64,000 bases of DNA, taken from the NCBI GenBank assembly GCA_964016885.1, contig OZ024740.1, positions 223,076,001 to 223,140,000 of the forward strand, read 5' to 3'. Shown here one piece after another: positions 63,563 to 64,000 of the stretch. Each line of letters starts with the position of its first letter. The first letter of the stretch is position 1. The notes beneath the pieces were generated by a model. It was given only the letters and a program-made list of their open reading frames with translations, was not told where the DNA came from and did no database searches. Both the position numbers and the translations under genes were made by a program. The DNA is from Eledone cirrhosa (Eukaryota).

Positions 63563-64000
63563 TTGTTGTAGAAGAAACAGGAAGACAACAACTGGAAAGT
63601 TTGATTTTCTACTTTACCATTTAATGTGAGAAGTAGTAGTACTAGTAGCTTTATTAGAGATATGGAATAAAGAAACAAATGAATTAATATATAAATAAAA
63701 GAGGTTGTTGTTATGAAGAGCATTTAATCATGGAAACTATGTAGAAGAATCTATTCACTTAGGAGGCTGCACCTCCAAATGAGAACTAATACACACTAAT
63801 CAATCGGTCCAACCCATGCCTGCATATAAAGCAGATATCAAATGATGATGACAGATTTTGCTTTTCCAGATAACTTACTACAATTGCTCTTCACATCTAC
63901 TGGATGTGTAATGAATGACTCAGCACATATAAGCCAAGAAAATAAATTGGGTATATGGGGGATCAGATGTAATGAAGAAGAGAGAAGTCTGTACTGATTT

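Overview
AT-rich, microsatellite-laden animal genomic DNA. No prokaryotic genes, rRNA, true tRNA or CRISPR arrays are present. The repeat repertoire looks like a coleoid cephalopod, probably Octopus (inference from family resemblance, no search run). The window is a retroelement graveyard, probably intronic. It holds: many 5'-truncated RTE LINEs whose RT carries an inserted PHD-like C4HC3 finger; an inverted Rex3/Expander-like RTE; R4/Dong-like, CRE-like and Tx1/L1-like fragments; a Ty3/Gypsy remnant; two tRNA-derived SINE families; two MITEs; and a 46-bp minisatellite. The most striking signal is a series of fold-back (tail-out inverted repeat) elements beside (TA)n tracts, at about 1.8 kb, 1.45 kb, 460 bp, 190 bp and 80 bp. 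The 1.45 kb one encodes a Penelope-like GIY-YIG endonuclease end. It and the 460 bp one carry a minimal type I hammerhead ribozyme motif in each arm. About nine hammerhead motifs or remnants, from several unrelated families, occur in the window. Also visible: SINE-LINE 3'-end sharing, including a possible SINE partner of an R4/Dong element; repeated SINE insertion at the same site; and family-specific microsatellite niches. Host exons can only be proposed with low confidence.
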